A stretch of DNA of 59,830 bases from an uncultured Gammaproteobacteria bacterium (GCA_964559945.1 CAZLJY010000004.1:1-59830), one strand, 5' to 3'; positions 38,512 to 48,655 are shown, counted from the stretch's first letter. Program-made: numbers and translations. Notes: a model not told the origin generated them from the sequence alone.

Positions 38512-39695
38512 CAGGCTTTCACCGCGCCGAAGCCATACCATTTGATTTGATCTGTCAAACGCCCAGTATCTTCGTCAAATTCCGCAGAACCTGTGACCGC
38601 CTGGGAGAATTCCTCATCGCTCACGTAAGTCTTGCGAGGCATAACCGCCTCAAAAAATCCGTCCGCCGGGAAACCCGCCTTGACGGTGAGTTCGGGAAAA
38701 CTCTGATCACGAAATGGTTTATAGAACGGCTCGTTATTGTAGTAACTGTCCCAGTCTAGGTAGAAGCCCTCGTAGGGACCCATCGCTGAATTGGGTGGCA
38801 ATTCCATATTCAGCAGTACGCCGCCAGGGCGCAGGACTCGATGGGCTTCAGCCATAAACGCATCAATCATTTTCAACGGCAGCTCATGGAGAAACATTGA
38901 CGTGAAGACAACATCAACGCTGTTATCGGCAAACGGCAGACAATCACCGGAGGCCTGCTGAAAGTGCGCCTCAATATTCATGCCCTCAGCCCGGGCATGG
39001 GCGTATCGAAGGCAAGCTTCGGACAGATCAAGCCCGGTCACCTTGGCATCGGGGAAGGTCTGCTTCCACGGCAAGGTGTTGTGACCGATGGTACACCCCA
39101 CATCCACCACCTGTTGTGGATCGATGTGCGGAAATTTGAGTTTGAAAAATGATGCCATGGACCAGCCAATATCGTTGAGCTGTTTGCCCATGGCACCGAA
39201 GGCAAATACATTAAGACCGTTATCGTAGACCGCGCCGGGTTCCACCGTTGCCTCCTGCGAGCCTCGGTAGTTGGAGGGCATGAGGTGTACGTCCACCGCA
39301 TTGGCATAGCGAGGTGGGTCCAACTGCGGATCAACGGTCAAACTACCCTTGGGGTTTTGGGTCAGTGACTGTACGGTTTCGTTCAATCCATCCCGGTTAC
39401 TTTGGACCGAGTCCATCACGCTGTCCCATACCAGCTCTTGGGCGGTGCAACGAAGGCTAGAGTAAAAATTAAAGCTAGGGGTGTTTTTTAAAATGTCATG
39501 AACCTGATTGCCAGTGACCGGCTCCTGTCCCCCGCTCTTAAGGTGTGCTGGCAATAGCTGAGTTTCGAAATCCGCCTGCATCTCCCCGGCTAAGTCCATT
39601 AACACGTAGCCGCGCAGGCCCGACACAAATCGTTCACGTGATCGCTCGTCCCGCGTCTTCTTGAGGTCCAGCGGGTGATTTAACTGGGTATCCAT
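38511..39695 (-). CDS. Class I SAM-dependent methyltransferase-fold protein with long N-terminal extension
   Basis: VVDVGCTIG, GLDLS, LPFADNSVDVVFTSMFLHE, RVLRPGG. Confidence 0.88.
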   Translation of the reverse strand: MDTQLNHPLDLKKTRDERSRERFVSGLRGYVLMDLAGEMQADFETQLLPAHLKSGGQEPVTGNQVHDILKNTPSFNFYSSLRCTAQELVWDSVMDSVQSNRDGLNETVQSLTQNPKGSLTVDPQLDPPRYANAVDVHLMPSNYRGSQEATVEPGAVYDNGLNVFAFGAMGKQLNDIGWSMASFFKLKFPHIDPQQVVDVGCTIGHNTLPWKQTFPDAKVTGLDLSEACLRYAHARAEGMNIEAHFQQASGDCLPFADNSVDVVFTSMFLHELPLKMIDAFMAEAHRVLRPGGVLLNMELPPNSAMGPYEGFYLDWDSYYNNEPFYKPFRDQSFPELTVKAGFPADGFFEAVMPRKTYVSDEEFSQAVTGSAEFDEDTGRLTDQIKWYGFGAVKA

Positions 39696-39811
39696 GGGCC
39701 AATCCTAATGTCCGTACAGGCCCTTAGTGTGCCGCGTTTGCCGTTAATTGTCGAAACTAGCGAGGCGATTTATTTCTTTCTGGCCCTAACACAATGCCAC
39801 CCGCAGTGATT

Positions 39812-39994
39812 TTAATCATCACCGTCACTGCCTTCCTGCTCTGCCATCTCCTCCCACTGATCCAAGGCATCATCCCGTAAGGATTTTGCCCCGGGTCGGA
39901 CGGATTTTGCCGGCGGCTTATGGGCGCCCCCTTTTTTCAGAAATGGGTTGCGAGCTACCGGGTTTCGCTTTTTTACATTGAGTTTTTTTCCCAT
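39812..39994 (-). CDS. Small basic hypothetical protein (RNPVA...KKGGAH)
   Basis: MGKKLNVKKRNPVARNPFLKKGGAHK..., acidic tail; same strand as its neighbours. Confidence 0.6.
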   Translation of the reverse strand: MGKKLNVKKRNPVARNPFLKKGGAHKPPAKSVRPGAKSLRDDALDQWEEMAEQEGSDGDD

Positions 39995-40028
39995 GGAACA
40001 TTCCAATGGCGTCTCGACGACCCCTCAA

Positions 40029-40985
40029 TCAGTTTGGATTTTCTAATCCCTCAATCACCTGAACCAGTGTCTGATTAAAAATCTCCGGCTGTTCAAGCTG
40101 GAGGAAGTGACCTACCCCTTCCATAATGACGGCATCAAAATCGGCAAACTCCCGATTGGCCGCGACTTGGGTTTCAGCGATTATTGTTGTAGCGGCGGCG
40201 TTGATCACTCGAACCGGCACCGCGGCATTGCGAAGCAGGTCAGGCGTATTTAGTCGAGCGAAATCGCCCAGTAGCGCCGTTGCCACCTGCGGATTGGCCT
40301 TGCGCCCTTCCGCCACTATCCATTCCTGCAGCACCAGCGACACCGTTGGCCCTGCCAGGCCTTCGAAAAATCGTTTCATGCTGAGATCAAAGTCAGCCTC
40401 AAAAGCAGCCATCATCTGCCCAACCTGCTGGGGTTCAAATTTCACTCGAGCATCGTGCAGAGTATCCACTCCAATCACCGCCTTTGTGATTCCGGGCAGG
40501 CGTTGAGCTGCAGAAAGTGCCACCGGTCCGCCCATGGAGTGACCAATCAAGATCACGTTGTCCAGCTTGAGCTTTTTCGCCACCACGGCAACATCGTCGC
40601 CAAAACCGGCCACACGCCAGACTTCACGATCCACTCCCGACTGTCCATGCCCACCCAGATCCAACGCCACCACCCGGTGGGTTTGGGAAAAAACCTCCAG
40701 TTGGTCACGCCAGAAACTGATGCTGCAAGACCATCCGTGGATAAAAATCAGCGTAGGGTCACCGGGGGAGCGCTTCTGACCTAACACCTGGTAATGAATT
40801 TCTACCCCATCAGGCGCATAGGCCATACCAAGCTCCGGCCCATCGTTTGGCGAACTATCTTCCACCATTAATTGGGTATTCGACCCGTCAACGAGTGCTG
40901 AGCCCCCAGCCGGTTCGCCATTGTCACAGCCGGCCAGCAACATAGCCATGAATACTATTAGGCACCGATTGAAACCCATCATCAT
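40029..40985 (-). CDS. Alpha/beta hydrolase lipoprotein
   Basis: Lipobox LLAGC; HGWSC, DLGGHG, GHSMGG, GVGHF. Confidence 0.88.
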   Translation of the reverse strand: MMMGFNRCLIVFMAMLLAGCDNGEPAGGSALVDGSNTQLMVEDSSPNDGPELGMAYAPDGVEIHYQVLGQKRSPGDPTLIFIHGWSCSISFWRDQLEVFSQTHRVVALDLGGHGQSGVDREVWRVAGFGDDVAVVAKKLKLDNVILIGHSMGGPVALSAAQRLPGITKAVIGVDTLHDARVKFEPQQVGQMMAAFEADFDLSMKRFFEGLAGPTVSLVLQEWIVAEGRKANPQVATALLGDFARLNTPDLLRNAAVPVRVINAAATTIIAETQVAANREFADFDAVIMEGVGHFLQLEQPEIFNQTLVQVIEGLENPN

Positions 40986-41120
40986 TTCTCCCGTTCATGG
41001 CGATCAGACTACCAGTTTCACACTGGGAAAACGCCTGATGGATGGATGCTCTGTCGGCCACCGACTCGACGGATCAAGACGCACCCTGCATCATAGCGTT
41101 TTTCTGACTGGAAGAGCTTT

Positions 41121-42458
41121 ATGGCCGGTTTGAGCAGAGTATTGCCCAGGTTCGTCATCATCCTTTGGATTTCTATGGCCCCTGGCGCTGCGCTAGCCCT
41201 GGATGCCACCGAGCAAAAAATCGTGGAATCCATTGAGCGCTCCTCATCCCAGGCTCGACAATTGCTACGCCAGGTTGTGGATATTAATAGTGGCACCCAG
41301 AATTTTGCGGGCGTGCGCGAAGTGGGTCAGACGTTCCAACAACACTTCCAAAACATGGGATTTACCACTCGATGGGACGAGGGAGAAGAGTTTGGTCGCA
41401 GTGGTCATCTTTGGGCCAGCTATGGCAATACCGGCACCCGGTTTTTGTTAATTGGCCATCTGGACACGGTGTTTGCCTCTGACAGCCCGTTTCAACGGGT
41501 GGAAGAACTTCCCGGAAACCGCTGGCGGGGACCGGGGATCACCGATATGAAGGGCGGTGACGTCATCATCATTTTTCTGCTTAAGGCACTAAAAGATGCC
41601 GGGGTGCTGGACCAAATTTCCGTTCAAGTAGTCATGACAGGCGATGAAGAGTCTCGTGGAAAACCTCACAGCCTGGCCAACAAAACCCTATTGGATGCCG
41701 CCCTATGGGCAGACGTGGCGCTAGGCTTTGAGGACGGCGACGGCGACCCAGAAACCGCCGTCATTTCTCGTCGTGGGTCCGTCGGCTGGTCTTTGTCTGT
41801 GACAGGGAAGCCAGCGCATTCATCACAAATTTTCCGCCCCGACGTGGGTTATGGAGCGGTCTTTGAGGCCGCAAGAATTCTCAATGAATTCCGCCTGAGA
41901 TTGGCCGACGAACCACTGCTGACCTTTAACCCCGGAGTGATTGTTGGGGGGACCGATGTTGCCCTTGATACCACCAGCTCTCGCGGCAGCGCATTTGGCA
42001 AAAACAATGTGATTGCCCGATCGGTTGAGGTAACGGGCGGTATTCGCGCGGTATCTCCAGCACAATTGGCAAAAGCTCAACAAATCATGCAGGACATCAC
42101 CGACGCCAATTTAGCCCAGACCAAGGCCACACTCACCTTTAGTGACGGATACCCGCCGATGGCCGCAACCGAAGGCAACCGACATCTATTGGCGTTGTAC
42201 ACCCAGGCCAGCCAGGACCTGGGCCACGGCAAAGTTTCCGCGGTGGACCCGCGCCGAGCGGGTGCTGCCGATATTTCTTTTGCCGCAGAACACGTCTTGA
42301 TGGCCCTGGATGGACTGGGCTTGATGGGCTACGGTGGCCACACAGAAGGGGAAACGGCGCTAATGAATACGCTGAGCCAGCAAACCCAAAGAGCGGCTTT
42401 GGTGATGTACCGATTGCTGGACTGCCCCAGTTGTGAATCTGCGAATACTGCCCGGTGA
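41121..42458 (+). CDS. Secreted M20 metallopeptidase (glutamate carboxypeptidase-like)
   Basis: GHLDTV, GITDMKGG, GDEE, GKPAHS, GAADIS, GGHT. Confidence 0.9.
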   Translation: MAGLSRVLPRFVIILWISMAPGAALALDATEQKIVESIERSSSQARQLLRQVVDINSGTQNFAGVREVGQTFQQHFQNMGFTTRWDEGEEFGRSGHLWASYGNTGTRFLLIGHLDTVFASDSPFQRVEELPGNRWRGPGITDMKGGDVIIIFLLKALKDAGVLDQISVQVVMTGDEESRGKPHSLANKTLLDAALWADVALGFEDGDGDPETAVISRRGSVGWSLSVTGKPAHSSQIFRPDVGYGAVFEAARILNEFRLRLADEPLLTFNPGVIVGGTDVALDTTSSRGSAFGKNNVIARSVEVTGGIRAVSPAQLAKAQQIMQDITDANLAQTKATLTFSDGYPPMAATEGNRHLLALYTQASQDLGHGKVSAVDPRRAGAADISFAAEHVLMALDGLGLMGYGGHTEGETALMNTLSQQTQRAALVMYRLLDCPSCESANTAR

Positions 42459-42549
42459 GGCAGCTCAATGGCGGGTTTTTAACCGGATACGGGGCCGTTC
42501 CGCCAGTCGCCTTATCATCAACGATCCCTCTTACCGCTAGGACCCATCA

Positions 42550-43545
42550 ATGGCAATGAAAATTCTTGAAATCCTCACCGGTGAGGGCCAGTTCGAGACC
42601 ATTCAGGCCGTTGCTGAGCAGTTTTCTCTGATGACAGTGTCGGCCGATCGAACGGAACAGGAGGATCAATGCCGGGCCAGATTGTTGGTCGACGACGATC
42701 AATTACAACAGGTCACAGACACTTTGCTTAAGGCGCTCACTGCCGATGCTAACAGCCGGATAATCGTGGAGCCCGTGGATTCCGTTCTCGTTCCCGGTGG
42801 CGAGGCAATGGAAAAGCCAGCGCCGAAGAAAACGACGCGAGAACAGCTGTTTAGCGAAGTCAGGGGCGGCGCCCAATTGGACTCCAATTATATTCTCTTG
42901 GTGGCGCTCTCAACCCTGGTTGCTGCCATCGGGTTAATTCAGGACAACGTGGCAGTGATTGTCGGTGCCATGGTCATAGCGCCGTTACTGGGTCCCAATC
43001 TCGCCCTTTCTTTAGGCACAGTTTTAGGTGACCGGCGACTGATTCGCGAAGCACTGATAAGCGGTAACGTTGGGGTGGCGATTGCGCTGTTATTGAGCCT
43101 GGCAATCGGCGCGCTTTGGCCGGGGGAAATTTTGAGCAACGAGGTTTTGGATCGCACCCATATCGGTTTAGATGGCATGACCCTGGCCCTTGCTGCCGGT
43201 GCGGCAGGGGTCCTATCACTTACCACCGGCCTGCCCTCTGTATTAGTCGGGGTGATGGTGGCGGTTGCGTTGTTGCCACCCACGGTGGTGGTCGGCATGA
43301 CCTTGGGCAAAGGCTTAATGGTCCACGCCACCGGCGCGTCACTGTTTCTTATTGCTAACGTGGTCTGCGTCAATCTGGCCGCCAATGTGGTGTTCTTAGC
43401 CCGAGGGCTTCGCCCAAGAACGTGGATTGAACGACGCAAGGCTCGGCAGTCCCGAGTGTTGTCCCTGGTGTTTTGGTTGGTATCGCTTACCGTGCTGATT
43501 GTCATCATTGCCCTTCGCGGCGACGCACTGTTGCCGCTGTCATGA
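42550..43545 (+). CDS. TIGR00341/DUF389-family membrane protein
   Basis: AVIVGAMVIAPLLGP, GVMVAVALLPP. Confidence 0.88.
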   Translation: MAMKILEILTGEGQFETIQAVAEQFSLMTVSADRTEQEDQCRARLLVDDDQLQQVTDTLLKALTADANSRIIVEPVDSVLVPGGEAMEKPAPKKTTREQLFSEVRGGAQLDSNYILLVALSTLVAAIGLIQDNVAVIVGAMVIAPLLGPNLALSLGTVLGDRRLIREALISGNVGVAIALLLSLAIGALWPGEILSNEVLDRTHIGLDGMTLALAAGAAGVLSLTTGLPSVLVGVMVAVALLPPTVVVGMTLGKGLMVHATGASLFLIANVVCVNLAANVVFLARGLRPRTWIERRKARQSRVLSLVFWLVSLTVLIVIIALRGDALLPLS

Positions 43546-43949
43546 GTACCGCCCAACAGGGCTACTCGGGAAAACCCCTTTATCAGAAATTAGGGCTGAA
43601 ACCGGGCATGCGCTGCCTTGTGATCGGTGCGCCAGATCATTACGGGGAGCTGATCGATGGGGTCGAAAACCTTAGAGTGATGAAGCGCGCAAAATCCGCT
43701 GACGTGGTGCACCTGTTTTGTCGGCGCAAGGCCGATCTTCTGAACCGGCTCGCCAGCGCGCTGGAAAAACCGGTGGAAGGCGGAATGGTCTGGATTTCCT
43801 GGCCCAAAAAATCATCTCCGATGTATCTGGACCTGGCGGAGAATGACATCCGTCGCGAAGTTCTCAAGACCCAATGGGTGGACGTCAAGGTTTGTGCGGT
43901 GGATGCAGATTGGTCGGGCTTAAAATTTCTGCGGCGGCGAAAAAAATAG
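43542..43949 (+). CDS. DUF3052-family protein
   Basis: GYSGKPLYQKLGLK, WISWPKKSS, VDVKVCAVDADWSGLKF; ATGA overlap at 43542. Confidence 0.85.
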   Translation: MSTAQQGYSGKPLYQKLGLKPGMRCLVIGAPDHYGELIDGVENLRVMKRAKSADVVHLFCRRKADLLNRLASALEKPVEGGMVWISWPKKSSPMYLDLAENDIRREVLKTQWVDVKVCAVDADWSGLKFLRRRKK

Positions 43950-43952
43950 CCC

Positions 43953-44774
43953 TCAAACAGTCTTGCTGTGGACGAATTGCGCAACAAACTGGGACCACGC
44001 TTCGGGTTGCTCATCCACAATGTCATGGGTTCCACCACGAAGCTCTTGGTAGGAAAAATCCGGCCTTAGTGAGCGGGCTTTTTGAGCCAGGTAATAAATG
44101 TCATCACCGCTATTGGTCAGAATCATCGAGGGCACGGAAAGAGCGAGAAAATCGGGCTCCATCAGGTAGTTGAATGCCGCATGGTGACCGTACCAAACCG
44201 TCGCTCCGGCCCAAAGCTGATCCACCAGACGTCGATGCATCGCTTCGTTGTCAGTCCATCCTGGCGTGTATTTGATCCGCGTGTCCCAGCGCTCACGGAG
44301 ATGGGAGCCATCAATCGATAGTTCTGGCGGCTGGTGTTTAATGTCTTTAAACGGCTCCAGGTCTGCGGCACTGAGCAGCGGTGGCCCGTTAAGTATTAAC
44401 GATTTCACAAGGCCCGGGTGGGACACCGCAAAACGGGTCAGGATTGCGGCACCGGTATGGTGGCCAAGAAAATGGGCGCTATCCAGATTAAGACCCTTAA
44501 GCACCGCAGGAAAAATGGACGCGTAGTCCGAGATCGTTGGCGGTTTTGCGGGTACGTCAGAATTGCCGTATCCCGGCGTATCAATGGCTATGGCACGAAG
44601 ACCCAAACCTGCTAATAGGGGCAAGGCCTTTTCAAACTGGCGGGCGCAGACTGGCGATTGATGGGTGAGTATTAATTCCGGGCCGCGGCCAACATCATAA
44701 TAATGTATCTGCCCAAAAGGGCCGTCTAGATAGCCTTTTCTGACGCCCCTAGCGCCCACATCAGACTCAAGCAT
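43953..44774 (-). CDS. Alpha/beta hydrolase with GHHTG elbow
   Basis: GQIHY, THQSP, IDTPGYGNSD, LGHHTGA, GGTHD; start taken at 44774. Confidence 0.82.
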   Translation of the reverse strand: MLESDVGARGVRKGYLDGPFGQIHYYDVGRGPELILTHQSPVCARQFEKALPLLAGLGLRAIAIDTPGYGNSDVPAKPPTISDYASIFPAVLKGLNLDSAHFLGHHTGAAILTRFAVSHPGLVKSLILNGPPLLSAADLEPFKDIKHQPPELSIDGSHLRERWDTRIKYTPGWTDNEAMHRRLVDQLWAGATVWYGHHAAFNYLMEPDFLALSVPSMILTNSGDDIYYLAQKARSLRPDFSYQELRGGTHDIVDEQPEAWSQFVAQFVHSKTV

Positions 44775-45033
44775 CAGGAAGGCCGGGGACAACTCCCCAA
44801 TAAGATCTTTGGTAACGGAAAGGTCGCCAGCCACCAGGAGCGGCCATGTCATAGTATGTCATCATCCAACCGTCCAGAAAGTGGCCCAGAAGATCAACAA
44901 GGCGCCATCGGTTTCAAGGATGCACCCCCGCTGCCATGGCAATCACGCAGTCAATGCCATAATGCCACACTCCTTGATGCACACGACCCCAACCGCAATG
45001 ACCGAATCGGAAATACCAGCCAGTCCGGCCAAG

Positions 45034-45870
45034 ATGCCATTGACTGATGGGTCTTTTGTGAACCGCACCTCACTAAATACCGCCACCGTGCGCGAACAAT
45101 GGACCTTAAGCCAGGCCATTGAAGGCTGTCAGCGTCATGGCATTGGCGCCATCACTCCATGGAGGCACCAAATCGCTGAGTTAGGCCTTGGGCAAACGGC
45201 CAGGCGGCTCAGTGATGCCCAGCTGCATGTCACTGGGTTATGCAGCGGGGGCCTGTTCACCGTTGCTGAGGAACAAAGCTGGACCGCCATGATCGATGAT
45301 AATCGGCGCGCTATAGAACAGGCGGAAACCCTGGGCGCTGACTGCCTGGTGCTGATCGTCGGTGGCCTAGTCCAGGGATCGAAGAATTTGGCTCATGCTC
45401 GTTGTCTGGTGGAAGATGCCCTGCAGGAGCTGACCCCCTTCGCCAGACAAGCTGGCGTTCCGCTGGCCATCGAACCACTGCACCCTATGTATGCTGCTGA
45501 TCGAGCCTGTATCAACACCATAGGTCAGGCTAACGACCTATGTGAGCGCATCGGCCAAGGCCTGGGTGTGGTGATTGATGTCTACCACCTTTGGTGGGAT
45601 CCAAACCTGGAATCTGAAATCGCCCGGGCGGGAAAAGATCGATTGCTGGCTTACCACTTAAGCGATTGGCTGGTTCCCACAACCCACCTGGCCTTAGATC
45701 GCGGAATGATGGGGGACGGGGTGATTGACCTCGCCGGCATTTCCCGCTGGATGGTGGCTCACGGCTACCAGGGGTATTTTGATGTTGAACTGTTTTCCAA
45801 CCAATGGTGGCAACGCGATCCAGACCAGGTCCTGACCACAATACTTTCCCGGATGGATAACATCATCTGA
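45034..45870 (+). CDS. Sugar phosphate isomerase/epimerase (xylose-isomerase-like TIM barrel)
   Basis: SLNTAT, AIEPLHPMY, DVYHLWWD, YHLSDW, DRGMMGDGVID, DVELFS. Start may be 44998 instead. Confidence 0.87.
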   Translation: MPLTDGSFVNRTSLNTATVREQWTLSQAIEGCQRHGIGAITPWRHQIAELGLGQTARRLSDAQLHVTGLCSGGLFTVAEEQSWTAMIDDNRRAIEQAETLGADCLVLIVGGLVQGSKNLAHARCLVEDALQELTPFARQAGVPLAIEPLHPMYAADRACINTIGQANDLCERIGQGLGVVIDVYHLWWDPNLESEIARAGKDRLLAYHLSDWLVPTTHLALDRGMMGDGVIDLAGISRWMVAHGYQGYFDVELFSNQWWQRDPDQVLTTILSRMDNII

Positions 45871-46001
45871 TATCCTAAGCGCCTGCCCGAAGCATCCGCT
45901 TAATCTCGGGTTTGGCCTGCGAATCTAGCGATACACCTGAAAGCATCTGTGCATTCGCCGGTCTCTTGCAATGACTTGAATAAAAGCCCGGGGAGAGAAC
46001 A

Positions 46002-46775
46002 ATGGACTTCAAACGGTATTGGCAAACCACTGCTTTGACGTTGGCAAGCATCGCCTTTTGCTGCCAGACCTTACATGCCCAAACCTCAGAGAAAAACCCG
46101 CAAACACGGGTCCTGGGCAAACTGAGCATGATTGAGCAGCCGGCAAAAGATATGGAACCACCGGAAGACACTATCGGCACCGGTGCCCAGAGCATTCGTC
46201 CGCTACTACCTGGCAGTCCAGCGCCAACATTTATCGTTTCAGGTATGTCGGGAAGCCGCTTCGCGTTTAACCCGCAACACCTGAAAAAACCGGTGGTGAT
46301 CACGTTTTTTCGCGGTGGCTGGTGCCCCTATTGCGTGACCCAGTTTTCCGGACTGCGAGAAATAGAAAACGAGTTGGTGGACTTGGGTTATGAGATCTGG
46401 TTTATCAGTCCCGACAAGCCCGAGATCCTTTCTTTCGGCGACCCGGGCCCTGATGGAAACCACAAAATTTTTTCCGACTCTGATTTAAGTGCCGCTCGTT
46501 CCTTTGGCATCGCCTATCAGTTGGAACAGGACACCCTCGACCGCTACTTTGGCGGCGGTCGTTTGTTGGCCAGCTACAGTGGGCTGGACACCGGGCGCCT
46601 GCCAGTGCCTTCCAGTTTCATCGTATCTAAGATGGGAGAGGTGATCTTTCAATACTCCAATCCTGACCACACCCGCCGCATCGATCCAGAACTCCTGTTG
46701 ACCGCGGCACGGCTAAACGCAAAGAACATGGCGTCCCGGTCACTGACCGATTTTGTTGACGACAAGACCCACTAA
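46002..46775 (+). CDS. Secreted peroxiredoxin-like (AhpC/TSA) protein
   Basis: FFRGGWCPYC (CxxC), ISPD, LPVPS; signal peptide. Confidence 0.85.
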   Translation: MDFKRYWQTTALTLASIAFCCQTLHAQTSEKNPQTRVLGKLSMIEQPAKDMEPPEDTIGTGAQSIRPLLPGSPAPTFIVSGMSGSRFAFNPQHLKKPVVITFFRGGWCPYCVTQFSGLREIENELVDLGYEIWFISPDKPEILSFGDPGPDGNHKIFSDSDLSAARSFGIAYQLEQDTLDRYFGGGRLLASYSGLDTGRLPVPSSFIVSKMGEVIFQYSNPDHTRRIDPELLLTAARLNAKNMASRSLTDFVDDKTH

Positions 46776-46870
46776 GGGAGCACTAACGGCGGCGGCTTGG
46801 CGCTGATCAATCGCCACCTGAATTGGCAAACAGGGCCCGCTTCTTTGTCCGATGAACCGCAACCGGACGG

Positions 46871-48439
46871 TTAGATAAAATCGCGGATAGCTGAGACAAA
46901 TTCGTTGGATGATGGCTCACGGCCCAGCAACAGATGATTGTCACTTTCCAGACCTAGAAATTGGGCATTAGGAATTGCCGATGCCAATTCGATCCCGGTT
47001 TGCACCGGGATACGCTGATCGCGCAGGGAATGGATCACCAGTGTTGGTACTTGTAACTCCGGCAGCAAGTGACGAACGTCAATGTCCCCAAATGCCGACA
47101 AAAACCTCACCGCATTTTGCGGCGAGGTTGTTGAGCGCTGAAATTCGTTGAACCACTCCAACTCCTGCGCTGTGGCTGTTGGCATAAAGGTAGATGAAAA
47201 AATTTGTCGGTAGGCGGGATTATCCTGCCCCCAACCGGTTGCGGTCAGCGTCAAGATGGCTTCGCGCTCACGAATGGTTTGTGGGCTTGCCTCGATACGC
47301 CAGCCTGCCGGATACCCACCAAACAAAATCAGCTTGGAGACACGATGTGGATGTTTCACCGCATAGGCGATTGATACAGCTGCCCCCTGAGAAATCCCCA
47401 ACAGTGCGAAGCGCTCGACCCCCGACGCATCCACCACCGACTCAAGATCAGCGACGAAGGCATCAAAACTCAAATCGTCCACCTCCCAGTCTGACAATCC
47501 GTTGCCACGTTCATCGTAGCGAATCAGTCGGTAGTCCATGGCCAATTGCCGAAACAGCGGACTCCAGATGGGTGAGCCCCAGTCCAATTCCAAGTGACTG
47601 AGCCAATTGGCCGCTTTCACCAGCGGCAGCCCCTGACCGACCGTGGCGTAAGCAATATTGACGCTATCTTCGGCTTTACAAAATTGGATTTTTTGTCGAT
47701 GTAAAAATTGCCGAGCATCTTTAGGTGCTGTCTCATTTCTGACGCTGTCACCTGCCGTGTCCGGCGCGATCCAATCAACGGCGGCTTTTTGGAATCGCTG
47801 GGTAAACTCCTGGTTACATTCTTGAGCCTCTTGGGCTAACCCAAACTGCTGCAAGCGCTGGATGAGGTTGCTAGCGGCGCTGCGGCTAAAAGGTTCTGCT
47901 TCACTCCAAGCTCTTGCCAGAGGCAGCTGCTTTTTTGGGGATATATCTGGGTGTGTGGCCAACCGCGCCATGATGCGCTCCCGTAGGTGCTGAATTTCCT
48001 GACGCTGGGCACAAAGCCAGCCATCAAACGCCGGCTGGTCGGATAGGTCACAGCCGTCCAGCAAGGTCTCGCTCAGCAGTGTTGAGATTTCCTCCAGTCT
48101 GTCGACGCTGATTTTCTCGCTGTCGATTTCTGCTGCCAGCAGACGCCGGTCTATTTCAATGTTAGTAGTCTGGATCCCCACTCGCTCGCGATCGGCAAGC
48201 AAGTAGTCTTCGCCGTTCAACTTCACCAGTGGTCGAATTTTGCTCAAAGACCAGCGCAACGCCCCCCGGGGGTCATCGGGTTTCCACCATAATAATTCGC
48301 ATAGACTCTCCCGGCGGTGGGTGCGTCCCGTGAGCAACAAATACCCCAGCAATGAACGTGTGCGCCTGGACGCCGGCAGCGCCAGCGGCTCGCCGTCGCG
48401 GAAAACCGTGAGTTCACCCAGTGTCTTGACCGTTAGCAT
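46871..48439 (-). CDS. SARP-like regulator (wHTH + BTAD-like) fused to an alpha/beta hydrolase
   Basis: LGELTV...RESLCELLW...ALRWSLSKIR; C-terminal ANWLSHLELDW, YDERGNGLSD, GISQG, SDNH. Confidence 0.85.
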   Translation of the reverse strand: MLTVKTLGELTVFRDGEPLALPASRRTRSLLGYLLLTGRTHRRESLCELLWWKPDDPRGALRWSLSKIRPLVKLNGEDYLLADRERVGIQTTNIEIDRRLLAAEIDSEKISVDRLEEISTLLSETLLDGCDLSDQPAFDGWLCAQRQEIQHLRERIMARLATHPDISPKKQLPLARAWSEAEPFSRSAASNLIQRLQQFGLAQEAQECNQEFTQRFQKAAVDWIAPDTAGDSVRNETAPKDARQFLHRQKIQFCKAEDSVNIAYATVGQGLPLVKAANWLSHLELDWGSPIWSPLFRQLAMDYRLIRYDERGNGLSDWEVDDLSFDAFVADLESVVDASGVERFALLGISQGAAVSIAYAVKHPHRVSKLILFGGYPAGWRIEASPQTIREREAILTLTATGWGQDNPAYRQIFSSTFMPTATAQELEWFNEFQRSTTSPQNAVRFLSAFGDIDVRHLLPELQVPTLVIHSLRDQRIPVQTGIELASAIPNAQFLGLESDNHLLLGREPSSNEFVSAIRDFI

Positions 48440-48655
48440 CGGCACAAAAAAACGATAGCAGTCGAAATTTCGTTCGGAAAATCGTTAATTGAAGAAGGTT
48501 CAGATCTTTGGGTTTTGAACCCATTGAGGTGTCTTTTCAGCAACTGAAGCAGAGCTCCTGAGCGAATAAAAAGCGTCTACCGGCAATTATGCCTCAATTG
48601 CCCCAAAGGCCAGATTATTACTTTGCATAGGTTGCTCCTGGATCGATAGTGAAAA

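Noticed and set aside
39812-39994. Calling the small basic protein ArfA
   Set aside because: It lacks the ArfA-type GKGSY motif; the resemblance is only in composition.
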